DNA of 64,000 nt from Mobula hypostoma (lineage: Eukaryota): contig NC_086097.1 of NCBI RefSeq assembly GCF_963921235.1, forward strand, positions 95,296,001 to 95,360,000, in the 5' to 3' direction. Of this stretch, positions 1 to 12,802 are shown one piece after another. How positions within the stretch are numbered: position 1 is the first letter of the stretch; every line of letters begins with the position of its first letter. The notes beneath the pieces are model-generated. The model had not been told where the DNA came from, ran no database searches, and was given only the letters and a program-made list of their open reading frames with translations. The translations under genes were made by a program, and so were the position numbers.

Positions 1-168
1 ATCAGATACAATTACAGCAGTTAAGAAGTATTTGGACAGAGGGTTAAATAGGCAAAGCTTAGAAGGAAATGATCCTAAAGTAGGAAAATGGGAGCAGTAG
101 AGATGGGCAAGGTGGTCAGCGTGGATGTGGAGGCTGAAGGCCTGTTTCTGTGCTACACAAACTCTAGG
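1..168 (+). mobile_element. CR1 LINE 3' end remnant
   Basis: Decayed ORF2 end (..ttaagaagtatttggacag..) and the CR1 3' terminal motif gctgaaggcctgtttctgtgct. Confidence 0.7.
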
Positions 169-431
169 ATTTGTTTGAAAAGGACGCATTGCTAGGATTG
201 GAGAAGTAGGGTGGGGAGAGAGTAACAACACAAACCACTTCAGCCAAATATCTATTCCCTTGCCATATACTATGCACATACTTGGCCGCAAAGAGCATGC
301 AATGTGATCAGAGATATAAAAAGGATGAGGTATTTGTAGAATTTCCACCAGCTGTGTCTTAATAGAACAAACTAAAATACACTTTTAAAATACCTCCGGA
401 TTTTTGATTTCAGACATCACTGAAACATATT

Positions 432-621
432 CACGAGGAAATCTGCAGATGCTGGAAATTCAAGCAACACACACAAAATGCTGGTGGAACGCAGCAGGCC
501 AGACAGCATCTATAGGAAGAAGCACAGTCGACGTTTCCGGCCCAGACCCTTCGTTAGGACTAGTGCTTCTTTCTATGGCTGCTGTCTGGCCTGCTGCGTT
601 CCACCAGCATTTTGTGTGTGT
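432..621. mobile_element. Fold-back non-autonomous Penelope-like (family A) insertion
   Basis: Inverted arms (caacacacacaaaatgctggtggaacgcagcagg / cctgctgcgttccaccagcattttgtgtgtgtt); 15-bp direct repeat tcactgaaacatatt at 417-431 and 622-636; 33-nt tail at 432-464. Confidence 0.85.
525..563 (-). ncRNA. Degenerate minimal hammerhead ribozyme (PLE family A), core CUAACGA
   Basis: Minus strand reads agtc-CTAACGA-a-gggtctgggccg-GAAAC-GTC-gact; G5 of the CUGA turn is changed to A. Confidence 0.6.
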
Positions 622-682
622 TCACTGAAACATATTGGCCTTTTAGACCCTTGAGCCAGTTCTGACACCCAGTCTGATTTAA

Positions 683-1240
683 AGAGTCAGAGTCATACAG
701 CATAGAAATAGGCCCTTCAGCCCATTTCACTCATGCTGACCAAACTGCCCACCAAGCTAGCCCCATTTGCACATATTTGGACTACATCTCTCTAAACCTC
801 TCCTATTAATGTACTTATCCTCGTGCCTTTTAAATGCTGTTATTGTACCTGCCTCAACCATATTCTCTGACAGCTCATTCCAAGTGTGCACCACTCTCTG
901 TATGAAGATGTTGCCCCTCCGCTCCCTTTTAAAATCTTTCATCTCCCATTTTAAACTTATGCCCTCTACTTTTTATTTACACTTCCCTGGAAAAAAAAGC
1001 TCTGTGTGTTCACCATATCAATGCCCCTCATAATTTTATATACCTCTACAAGGTCACCACTCCAAGGAATTAAATCCTAGCCGGCCCAGGTTTCCCCTAT
1101 AACTCAAGTCATAGCAGCATCTTCGTACATCTTTTCTGTACTCTCACTGGTTTAATGATGTCTTTCATTTAACAGGGTGATCAGATCACACGACATTCCA
1201 AGAATGATCTCACCAATGTCCTGCTTAACTCCAACAGTCC
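683..1240 (-). mobile_element. CR1 LINE 3' fragment
   Basis: ORF 757-942 (FIQRVVHTWNEL..VEAGTITAFKRH.DKY) is the CR1 ORF2 C-terminus; 3' tail gggcctatttctatgctgtatgactctgactc. Confidence 0.85.
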
Positions 1241-1284
1241 CTTGTAGTTCACAGTCTTTAATATCCTTGTTCAACATAAACTTA

Positions 1285-1610
1285 AAGATTAAAGATTAGC
1301 TTTATTTGTCACAAGTACATTGAAATGCACAGTGAAATGCGTCTTTTGCATCAAATTAAATCAGGGAGGATTGTGCTAGGCAGCCTGCAAGTGTCACTAC
1401 GCTTCTGGCACCAATATGGCATGCCCACAACTCACTAACCCTAACCATATGTCTTTCAAATATGGGAGGAAACAGGAGCACCCACTGGATACTCACGCGG
1501 TCACAGGGAGAACATACAGACTCCTTACGATCAGCAGCAGTGCTGTAAATCGGTGCTTGCTGGTGTTGTAAAGTGATGCGCTAACCGTTATGCAACCATA
1601 CATAACCGTG
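1285..1610 (-). mobile_element. tRNA-derived SINE with V-domain
   Basis: Minus strand has a tRNA-like head (ggttagcgcatcactttaca), a V-domain (gtatgttctccctgtgaccgcgtg..gtgctcctgtttcctccca) and a tail gtgacaaataaagctaatct. Confidence 0.75.
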
Positions 1611-2754
1611 CTGCCCCACTTTATTCAACTGACCCAGGAACTGTCAGATTTTCCTCACCCGTTGTTGTGGATTCTTCCGTTCCAGGAAACATTTGCTAAC
1701 AACTGCATCAATTCCTTTAATTACTTTAAACAGTGCTCTGAAATCAACCCTTTAATCTTGCCATCAGCACAGCACCATCATAAAACTCCAAACTGCACAA
1801 CTTGCCTTGAGGTTACAAAAGTACCACTAAGGTGGATTTGATAACGTAACTGTGATAAACAAGAATCTGTAATGAGAAACAGCCCACTGGATTCCTTGCA
1901 GCCTTAAGTGTGAATCCAGATTTAGATAGTGCAGATGATAACAACACTGCCCAACAGACAGGGAATGATTCAGTGTGCTAAATTCCAGATTATTGTTTTG
2001 CCGCCAATTTGTTGACCGTCCTCAGGACGAAAATAAACACGAAAATCACCCGGGATACATGGCCCAACATTGCTGACAGCTGTTGCAGACAAGTACAGCT
2101 AGACTTCTGGTGAGGTCAGCTAACACGGCTTGGGCCAAATTGGACCCTGCTCTTCCCCGTGCCAGCTTGCAAATAAATAAAGTAGTCCGGGTGAGGGGTG
2201 GTACATGTGGGATCGCATGTCAACAAGACGTCAGTAATGAGGAAGAAAGAGGAGAGTGGGAAAGAGTTCAGAAACAAGAGTTCTGGGATTCATTTCTCTT
2301 CCCCACCCCCACGAACACATGCCAGGGTCTGGTTACTCTCAGCTAAACCTCCCCTTGAGAAACTCAACTCAAGGCTGACAGGTGCCAAAACACAAAAAGG
2401 CTGCATTGAAGACATGAAGTTCCGGCGTAGGCCAACTGGGGCTGTGTAATTAATCCACAGCAGTTGGATCTAAGCAATGTCTCTTTCCATGACATCAGCT
2501 TGCTCTGCCTGGAATGTTTGCAAGAGTGCTGGGTGATTGACTGCCATCCGAATCCAGTATCAAATCAGAGCACCTTGCAGCTGCAAGCCAGCTGAGGAGG
2601 GTTTAAAGAAAAACTACAGCCAGAACGAAAAGAGGGTCTGATCTTCGGTCCAATTTAACAACCATTTCTCTCAATCAACTGGAGTCTAAAGCTGGGCAAA
2701 AGAACTCCCTGAGAAGGTGATATGCAGGCCTTTCAGGAATGAATTTCAAAGATA

Positions 2755-2920
2755 AAACCTAGAAAAATACAGCACAGGAACATGCATTTCAGTCCACAAT
2801 ATTTTGCCAAGCCAATTAAACAATTAGTTAAAAGCCTAATTAAACTATTCTCTTCTATCTATGCAATGTCCATATTCTTCCATTCCCTGCACATCCATGT
2901 GCCTATCTAAGAGCCTTTAA
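2755..2920 (-). mobile_element. CR1 3' end remnant
   Basis: Minus strand ttagataggcacatggatgtgcagggaatggaagaatatgga..tgttcctgtgctgta. Confidence 0.6.
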
Positions 2921-4012
2921 GATTACCTCTTGGCTTCATTCCTCTGCCCCAGGTCTACTGAAGGTGGCTTCCAGTAGTTGTAGACATGGATTGGGAAACA
3001 TTTCACTGTCAGTGACTTCGATAGTAAGGCCAGACTGCTTCCCGCACCTGGAAACCCCCAATGACATAAATACATTGTTCTGTTTAAAGATTTGGGCAGG
3101 GAATTACTAACCACATCACCCAAACAGTTAGTGAACACAGCTAGGTCAGATGCCTGTTGAAAAACCTCTGGGAACATCACAGTTGCATAACAAAATCAGA
3201 GAAACTTACAACCCAGGACAAGGCCATTTGACCCACTAAACCCAACCAACCAGTTCTAGATGAGTGTTAATTTCAGTTCAATAAGTGCCATATTTAAATT
3301 TACTGATGACACGACTGTGTTGGCCAAATCAAAGCTGGAGATGAATCAGCATATAGGTAGGAGACTGAAAATCTGGCTGAGTAGTGCCACAACAACCTCT
3401 CATTCAAAATTAGCAAGACCAAGGAACTGATTATTGACTTTAGGAGAAGGAAACCACAAGTCCATCAGGCAGTCCTCATCAAGGGATCAGAGGTGGAGAA
3501 GGTCCGCAGCTTTAAATTCTGCAGTGTTATCATTTCAGAGAATCGGCCCTAGGTCTATCACATAAGTGCCATTATGAAGATAGCACAACAGCACCTCTAC
3601 TTTCATGACATCTAAAACTTTGACAAACTTCCAGGTATGTGTGGTAGAGTATTTTGACTGGTGGGATCACAGCCTGGTATGGAAACACCAATGCCTTTGA
3701 ACAAAAAATAGTGGCTATGGCCCAGTCCATCATTGAGCACATCTGCACAGAGCACTGCTACAGGAAAACAGTATCAATCATCAAGGACCCCCACCATTCA
3801 GGCCATGTTCTCTTCTCACTGCTGCTATCAGAAAGTAGGTACAGGAGCTTCAGGATCCCCATCACCAGGTTCACAAACAATTATTATCCCTCAGCCGTCA
3901 AGCTCTTAAACCAGAAGGGATAACTTCACTCATCCCTTCACTGAACTGTTCTTGTAACCTATGGACTCACTTTCAAGGACTCTTCATCTCATGCTCTTGA
4001 TATTTATTGCTT

Positions 4013-5251
4013 CAGTCAGTCAGTAGTTGCCGTCCCGAATCCGGGATTGGCGGCCATGCACCTGAATCTTCTTCCGTTTTGCGGTCTTTTTCTGGCCTCA
4101 GCATAACTCAACCCAGTCCATTGCCTCACATTATCGTACCAAGTGGTTCGCTGCCCTCCTCTTTCCCTCTTTCCTTCTATCATCCCTTCCAATAACGATT
4201 TCTGCAGTCCACCACCTCTTAACAAGTGCCCGGCATATTCCAGCTTCCTTTTCTGCACATTCTTCAGCAACTCCTTTTCTCTCCTCACTCTCTTCAACAC
4301 TTCCATATTACTGACTATTGTAGTGTGGATGAAGTCATCGGAGAGGCAGAGTCACTGGTAGATACAAAGCAGCCTCTTTATTCAACACAAAAGGTACAGC
4401 AGGCATCATACGGACAGAGACGCTTTCGGTAGAAAGGTCTGCTAGCTCAATGTGGGCTCGATATTTATATGCTAAACACAAAGGCAATCGCTACTTAAAA
4501 GTTATAGACAATGCTTCCTTTTGAAGCTACATACAAACATCACACCTTCAAATTTCATCCTTTCTTTCCGACGCCAACATGTCTGGGTTGGTATCCACAG
4601 CCTTTATTTAAATCCACAATACATTTATTTGGCATTTTACGTGCTAACATAGAAGACAATTAATATTTATAATGTACAGATAATACTGTCTTCGAAACTA
4701 CCTGTAAACTTCACACTTACATCCGTAGTGTCTGACTAGTATCCCGATACCACAGCTTTTAGGAAATGCATTGTTGTGGACTCAATCCACAGCACTTTGT
4801 CAAATAGAAGTCTGGTGGCCAAAGTCATTTAAGTGTAAACGAATCATCTACCCAAAAAAACTCACTCTAACACTGACCTTCATCACCCATCTAATTTTCT
4901 GCATTCTCCTTAAACACATTTCAAATGCCTCCAGTCATCGTTGCCCTTCCTTGCATAAGGTCCACGATTCGACTCCATACAACAGACTGCTCCGGACGTA
5001 GCATTTCCAAATTCTACAACGCAGCCCAAAGTCCAAGCTCTTGCCACACAGCACGTCACTCAGGCTCCAGAACGTTGATCTTGCAATCTCAATTCTTCGT
5101 CTAGTTTCTGTATCGCATTTCCCATCCTCTGTGACCATCTGTCCCAAGTACACAAACTTCTTGACTTGCTCTATGCCTACGCCGTTAATTCTGATACTGA
5201 TTTTGGGACTTCTCTCTTCTGTGATACTACCATCATCTTCATCTTTGCAGC
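4013..5251 (-). mobile_element. 5'-truncated RTE-clade LINE, interrupted by a solo LTR
   Basis: ORFs 4935-5153 (YLGQMVTEDGKCDTETRRRIEIAR..CYVRSSLLYGVESWTL) and 4016-4306 (KLEYAGHLLR..LLEGMIEGKRERGGQR); (ACTG)n tail; 11-bp TSD atttattgctt at 4002-4012 and 5252-5262. Confidence 0.9.
4316..4872 (-). mobile_element. Solo LTR (557 bp)
   Basis: Minus strand begins TGTTAGAGTG and ends CACTACAATA (imperfect TG..CA termini); 5-bp TSD ctgac at 4311-4315 and 4873-4877; removal restores RTE frame WVMKVS-NMEVLKR; TATA-like (4461-4470) and AATAAA (4377-4382) on minus. Confidence 0.75.
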
Positions 5252-5998
5252 ATTTATTGCTTATGCATCTATTATTCTTTTTTTTTTGTATTTACTTGTT
5301 GTCTTTTGCATATTGGTTGTTTGTCCGTTTTGTTGGGTATGGTTTGCCTCCCTGGTGTCAGGGACCACTATGTTTCTGAACGCATTCACAATATCCTGAA
5401 AAGGGAGGGTGAACAGCCAGAAGTCGTGGTATATATTGGTACCAATGACATGGGTAGAAGAAGGGAGGAGGTCCTGAAAAAAGAATACAGAGAGTTCTGA
5501 AGGAAACTGAGAAGCAGGACCTCAAGGGTAGTAATTTCAGGTTTGCTGTCTGTGGCACACAACAGTGAGGATAGGAATAGAATAAGGTGGCGGATAAATG
5601 CATGGCTGAAGAGTTGGAGGAGGGGCCAGGGATTCTGATTTCCAGACAATTGGGACTTCTTCCAGACCTGTACAAAAGGGACGGGTTGCACTTGAATTCA
5701 AAGGGGACCAATATTCTTGCGGGCAGATGTGCTAGAGCTGTTGGAAGTGGTTTAAACTAATATGACATGGGGATAGGAATCAGTATGATAGAGCTGAGGA
5801 TGAGCCAGCAGGTTTACAGGTAGATGATAGGTGTAACATGAGGGTAAGGAAGGACAAGCCAATGATTGGATACAAATGCAGACACAGCAAAGAGTTAAGT
5901 TGTAGCACAGCGGCAAAACTCAAAAGGGCGAACCAATGGGTGAAATGGACTTTTAAAATATGGAAAACTGTTATAAAATATAAACTTTGAGGGAGATA

Positions 5999-7534
5999 CA
6001 GATTCCCCCCCGCCATCCGAAGGTACAGCGTTCCTATGAAACGGTTCGTAAGCCGAAATGTCGTAAAGCGAAGAAGCAATTACCATTTATTTATATGGGA
6101 AAATTTTCTGAGCGTTTGCAGACCCAAAAATAACCTACCAAATCGTGCAAAATAACACATAAAACCTAAAATAACAGTAACATATAGTAAAAGCAGGAAT
6201 GATATGATAAATACACAGCCTATATAAAGTAGAAATACTTCTCTACAATGATTGCCTGCACAGATCTCCGTAGCGAAAGTCTCACGCAAGTGCTCTCGGC
6301 AGAAAATCTCACGCAAGCGCTGTTGGCATAAACGCGCTCTCCAGTAACCTTTAAGCTATGAAGCTGCCAAATCTACCAAATAACACGTAAAAATACACAG
6401 CTGATATAATGTATGTACAGTGTAGTATCACTTACCGGAATTGGGAAGATATTGAGCACACTGATGATGGTGTGTTAGACTGAGTCATCGCAGGTTGGGT
6501 GGTGCAATGGCCCCCACCCTCTGGGCCACCGACTGATACATTGCCATGAAGCACGCAAGGGTAGCCGGGAGGCACACAGCACGTCTTTAAGAAAAAAGCC
6601 AAAATAAACATGCTAATTAATTAGGTGCTGCCTGGCACGTAAATGTTGGCGCAGATCAGAGGCGATTGCCGATTGCATCGGCACTGATCTGGGCCGACAA
6701 TTACGTGCTAGGCGGCACCTAATTAATTAGCATGTTTATTTCGGCTTTTCTCTTAATGATGTGCTGTGTGCGTCCCGGCTACTGTTGCATTTTCTGCGGA
6801 TCAGTATCTGTCCGTGGCCTGGGGGTTGGAGTGGTGGGACACTGGGGTGTCATCTCATCGTCGATCAGGGCAGGCAGCTCATCTTCTCCCATGACTGCCT
6901 GCCTCAATGTCGAAGGTCGAGGTTCATCGTCTGCTGTGGCTGATGTGGAAGGCTTGCTTGACTGCTGAGCCTCCTGCATTTTTCTATCATACAGTTCTTT
7001 AATAAGGACTCAAACCATCCTGCAAATATCTCCTAAACCGACGTAGCCTTTCAAAATTAAAAGTCATACTTTATCACTACTCATTCGGTTTCGATTGTTA
7101 TCCTTTTTTCTTCCAATTGTATCAGCTCTTCATCTGTCAGTTCTTGGTGATGGGATGCCAAAACCTCTTCAACATCATGTTCGTCAGCTTCCACAAGCCA
7201 AACTCACTTTGTCCTTACTTAGTTCACCACGATCAAAACGCCTAATTATGTCTAGTTTTACCGTAAGTGTAACACCCTTACGGGCTCTTTCAGACTTTTC
7301 CGATACCATAGAACTCATCTTGCAAATGGCTGCTCACAGACACGTGTTAAAGCAAAGCAGTTCCCAATCCGGGGGAGAGCGGCTGCTCGGGGCGCGCTCT
7401 GCCTTTTATCGCACGCTGAATTTTTTTTTGTAACAGTGAAAACACCTTCTGAAAGCGAAAACAGGGTACTAATGTAGGTCTTTCATAACAGTGAGGTTTC
7501 GTAAAGCGAACGTTCGAAAAGCGGGGGACACCTG
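5999..7534 (-). mobile_element. Internally deleted pogo/Tigger DNA transposon
   Basis: TA flanks at 5997-5998 and 7535-7536; imperfect TIRs (cagattccccccgc / caggtgtcccccgc); minus frames give N-terminal RKGVTLTVKLDIIRRFDRGE and C-terminal EADEHDVEEVLASHHQELTDEEL, with the DDE core missing. Confidence 0.85.
6561..6782. repeat. Long internal palindrome of the Tigger element (about 100-bp arms)
   Basis: gtagccggga..aataaacatgctaattaattaggtgc pairs with gcacctaattaattagcatgtttatt..tcccggctac. Confidence 0.9.
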
Positions 7535-8645
7535 TATTGCTGTTCTTAAATCGTGTGCATATGACTCGGATTTTATGCTGAATAAACTGGACGCTAGATT
7601 TAAAGATTGGACAGCCAAACAAATAACAGTTCTTTGCAATATAATGAAAGAAAGAACACTGATCAGTTTTGAAATGCTTAAAGAGAAAAACTTATTAGAA
7701 AAACAAGACTTTTATCGGTATTTACAGATGCGACAGTATGTTAAAAGGAGGGTTAAAAATGTAACCAAGGTCAGTACATATTTGACACAGCTATTTAGGA
7801 AAGCATATAATTCAGATAACAGTAGTAGAATAATTTCAAGCGTGTATAAGGGTTTGTCAAATCTCAAAACACATTCAACTTCATACATTAAAACAAAATG
7901 GGAGAAGGAAGGAGGGATAATTATATCTGAGGAAGACTGGACAATAATATGGAGGTATCAATGGAAGTGTACCAGTTCACAGAAATGGAGGGAGTTTGGA
8001 TGGAAAAACTTGATAAGATATTTTATTACACCCTCTCAGAAATCCCATTATGATAGTAACCCCCCTGTTTGCAGGAGAAATTGTGGAAATCAAAATGCAA
8101 ACCATTATCATATTTTCTGGGATTGCCCTGTTATCAAAGACTATTGGAGTGGGACACACAATGCTGCACAAGACATCTTTAAATGTGAAATACCCTTAGA
8201 AAATAAGACCATATATTTTGGGCATATACCTCAAGAATGGTTGAAAAGAGATAAATATTTAATGAATAAACTGCTAGTGGCTGGTAAAAAGACCCTTACC
8301 AGGAAATGGTTATCACCGGAGAGCCCAACTTTAAACACATGGATGGAAATTACAATGGACATTTACAAAATGGAGAAGATAACAGCATCTGTTAATCATA
8401 AGCTGGAACAATTTGATTCATACTGGGAAAAATGGTTTAACTACATAACACCTCATAGGCCAGATTTTATTCTCACAAATCAATAAATATGTTGTAAAAA
8501 AACAAGATCACTCCCTACCTGTACATAGTTTTCTCCTTTTGATTGTTCTTTCTTTCCTCTCTTTTCTATAAGTGTATACCTCAGATAAATATTATGTGGA
8601 GATTTGTGGCAAATATGAATATATGATATATATGGATATATAGAT

Positions 8646-9328
8646 TTCGGAGGGAGGAGAAGATGGCGACACAACGCAGCTTACAGAAGCCACTCGGGTG
8701 ATGATGATATCTGTTATCTGTCAAATAGGGTGCCGTGCACAATCTTGATTTGATGGAGACAGACGTGAGAGCACGGAGGAACATCTGGTGAAACTTCTGA
8801 AATGCCTGCTTCACTGCTGCTGCTACTGTGTGGTCCAGAATCTCCGGAGGGGAAGGCCCTGAGTCCTTGGCTTTGCTTGTTGCTCGGCGGCCGGGGCGGG
8901 GTCGAAGCGCTCGGCAGAGGATGCCGCTCAGTGCTCAGGGTCAGATGGCTGGTCGGAGGCTCGAAGTTTTCGGACGGACTCAGAGTCGGCTGCGGTCGGG
9001 TGCTTCCAATGCATCGGCAAGTTTGCAGCGCTTGGAAGTTCATGGCAGAGAGAGTTTCTCCATTCTACTGTCTGCGTGAGATGATGGGGCTATCGGGACT
9101 TGAGACTTCTTTTTTTACCGTGCCCATGGTCTGCTCTTTATCAAATTACGGTATTGCTTTGCACTGTTGTAACTATATGTTATAATTATGTGGTTTTGTC
9201 AGTTTTGGTCTTGGTCTGTCTTGTGTTTCTTGTGATATCTCTCCGGAAGAACATTGTATCATTTTTTAATGCATGCATTTCTAAATGACAATAAACGAGG
9301 ACTGAGTGTCCTCATAATCTAATCTAAT
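8646..9328 (+). mobile_element. Non-coding SINE-like retroposon (about 680 bp), copy 1
   Basis: GC-rich 5' part starting ggaggagaagatggcg; 3' aatgacaataaa, stem-loop gaggac-tgagt-gtcctc and (TAATC)n tail; related copy at 47721-48343. Confidence 0.7.
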
Positions 9329-11682
9329 ATGTACAGTATCTGAAATACATCTTATGGAAATGTTTGTTTGATGATGAACTTCATGGACAAACTCGTGGCG
9401 CAATTAGAGATTGGTCGGTTTGAGGCACTGAGACGTGGCTGAAAGAAAGCCGTAGTTGGGAGTTCAACATCAAAGGATATACTTTCTATCGAAAGGACAG
9501 GCAGGAGGCATAGGTGGTGTTATGGTTCCGTTGGTAAGAGATGGAATTACATCTTTAAAAGGAGGTGACATAGGGTCAGAGAATGCTAAATCTTGTGGGT
9601 GGAGTTAAGAAACTGCAAGGGTAAAAAAAAACCATTATGGAAATCATATCGGCCTCTAAATAGTAGCCAAGATGTGAGGTTGAGATCAAAGGGAGCTGGA
9701 AAAGGTATGTAATAAGGGTAATGACACAATTGTAATGGGGGACTTCAATATGCAGGGAGAGTTGGGAAAATCAGGTTGGTGTTGGATTGCAAGAGAGGGA
9801 ATTTGTTGAATGCCTATGAGATAGCTTTTTAGAGCAGCTGGTGCTTGAGCCTACTTGGGGAAATCTATCTTAGATTGGGTGTTGTGTAATAACTCAGATC
9901 TTATTAGGGAGCTGAATATAAAGGAACCCTGAGGAACCTCTGCAGGATTGAATCCATGCTGCAACCTGAGAGGGAGAAGCACATGTCAGATGTCTCAGTA
10001 TCACAATGGAATAAAGGGAATTACAGAGGCATGAGAGAGGAGCCTGCCCAGGTGGATTGGAGGAGAATACTTGGGGGGGGGGGGGAATGATGGCAGAGCA
10101 GAGATGGCTGACGTTTTTGGGAATGGTTCACAAGGTGCAGGATAGATATGTCCCACAGAAGAGGAAGTTCTCAAACGGCAAGGCTAGGCAACCGGGGCCA
10201 ACAAGGGAATTAAAGGACTGCATAAAAGCCAAGGGAAGGGCATATAAGGTAGCAGAAGAGAGTGGGAATTTGGATGATTGGGAAGCTTTTAAAATCCAAC
10301 AAAAGGCAAACCAAAAAAAGCTGCAAGGGAATAGATGAAATATAAAGCAGGATACCAAAAGTTTTTTCAGTTATATAAAGAGAGAAACGGAGGTGAGAGT
10401 TGATATTGGACCACCAGAAAATTGTGCTGGTGTGATAGTAATGGGGGACAAAGAAATGGCAGATGAACTTAATGGTTACAGTACTTTGCACCACTCTTCA
10501 CTGTGGAAGACACTAGAGGTGTGCCAGAGGTCCGCGAGTGGCAGGGAGTAGGAGTAAGTGCAATTGCTATTACAAAGTGCTATGCAAACTCAAATGTCTT
10601 ACGGTGGATAAGTCACTTGGACCAGAGGGACTAGATCCCAGAGTCCTGAAAGAGGTTGCTGAAAAGATAACTGATGCATTGGTCATGATCTTTCAAGAAT
10701 CACTTGATTCTGGCATGGTACTGGAAGACTGGAAGATTGAAAATGTCACTCCACTCTTTAAGAACTGAGGAAGGCAAAAGAAAGGATATTATAGGCCAGT
10801 TAGCCTAACCTCAGAGATTGGAAAAGTGTTGGAGTCTACTATTATAGATGACGTTTCAGGGTACTTGGAGACTAATGATAAAATAAGTCAAAGTCAGCAT
10901 AGTTTCTGTAAAGAGAATTCTTGCCTGACAAATCTGTTAAGAGTTCTTCAAGGAAGTAACAATCAGCCAGGATATCACTTACTTAGATTTTCAGAAGGCA
11001 TTTGATACGGTGTCACAAATGAGGCTGCTGTAGAGGTAAAATCCTATGGTGTTACAGAAAAGATACTGACATAGATAGAGAAATGGCTGACAGGCAGGAG
11101 GCAACGAGTGGGAATAAAGGGGTCTTTTCTGGTTGGCTGCCAGTGACTAGTAGTGCTCCTCAGGGGTCAGTATTGGGACCACTACCTTTCACATTGTTTG
11201 TCAATGATTTGGATAATGGAATTGATGGCTTTGTGGCCAAGTTTGTGGATGATCCATAGATACAGTTGAAGTCAGAAGTTTACATACACCTTAGCCAAAT
11301 ACATTTAAACTCAGTTTTTCACAATTCCTGACATTTAATCCTAGAAATCATTCCCTGTCTTAGGTCAGTTAGGATCACTATTTTAAGAACATGAAATGTC
11401 AGAATAATAGTAGAGAGAATGATTTATTTCAGCTTTTATTTCTTTCATCACTTTCTCAGTGGGTCAGAAGTTTACATACACTTTGTTAACATTTGGTAGC
11501 ATTGCCTTTAAATTGTTTAACTTGGGTCAAACGTTTTGGGTGGCCTTCCACAAGCTTCTCACAGTAAGTTGCTGGACTCAGAACTGGTGTAACTGAGTCA
11601 GGTTTGTAGGCCTCCTTGCTCACACACGCTTTTTCAGTTCTGCCCACAAATTTTCTATTGGATTGAGGTCAGAAAATGACAT

Positions 11683-12802
<1,120 letters not shown>

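Larger units (their letters stand above)
3275..5335 (+). mobile_element. Rex1/Babar LINE 3' portion, interrupted by an RTE at 4013-5251
   Basis: Frames give KF.DDTT, SKTKELIIDFR, ITAWYGN and IIKDPHHSGHVLFSLLLS..RYRS; 3' UTR resumes at 5263. Confidence 0.8.
5932..9383 (+). mobile_element. 5'-truncated L1-clade LINE (ORF2 C-terminus plus 3' UTR), interrupted at 5999-7534 and 8646-9328
   Basis: Open frame 7535-8486 with QDFYRYLQMR, IKTKWEKE and CCHC zinc knuckle CRRNCGNQNANHYHIFWDCP; upstream piece WVKWTFKIWKTVIK at 5936-5980. Confidence 0.85.

Noticed and set aside
404..628. Recurrent small ORFs containing NAAGQAAS / AAWPAAF (also 19481, 19537, 46660, 50548, 61940)
   Set aside because: Translations of the non-coding PLE terminal repeat, not a protein family
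8802..9185. GC-rich overlapping ORFs suggesting a gene or CpG-island promoter
   Set aside because: They lie inside a repeat with a second copy at 47721-48343, whose predicted ORFs are shorter and only partly similar
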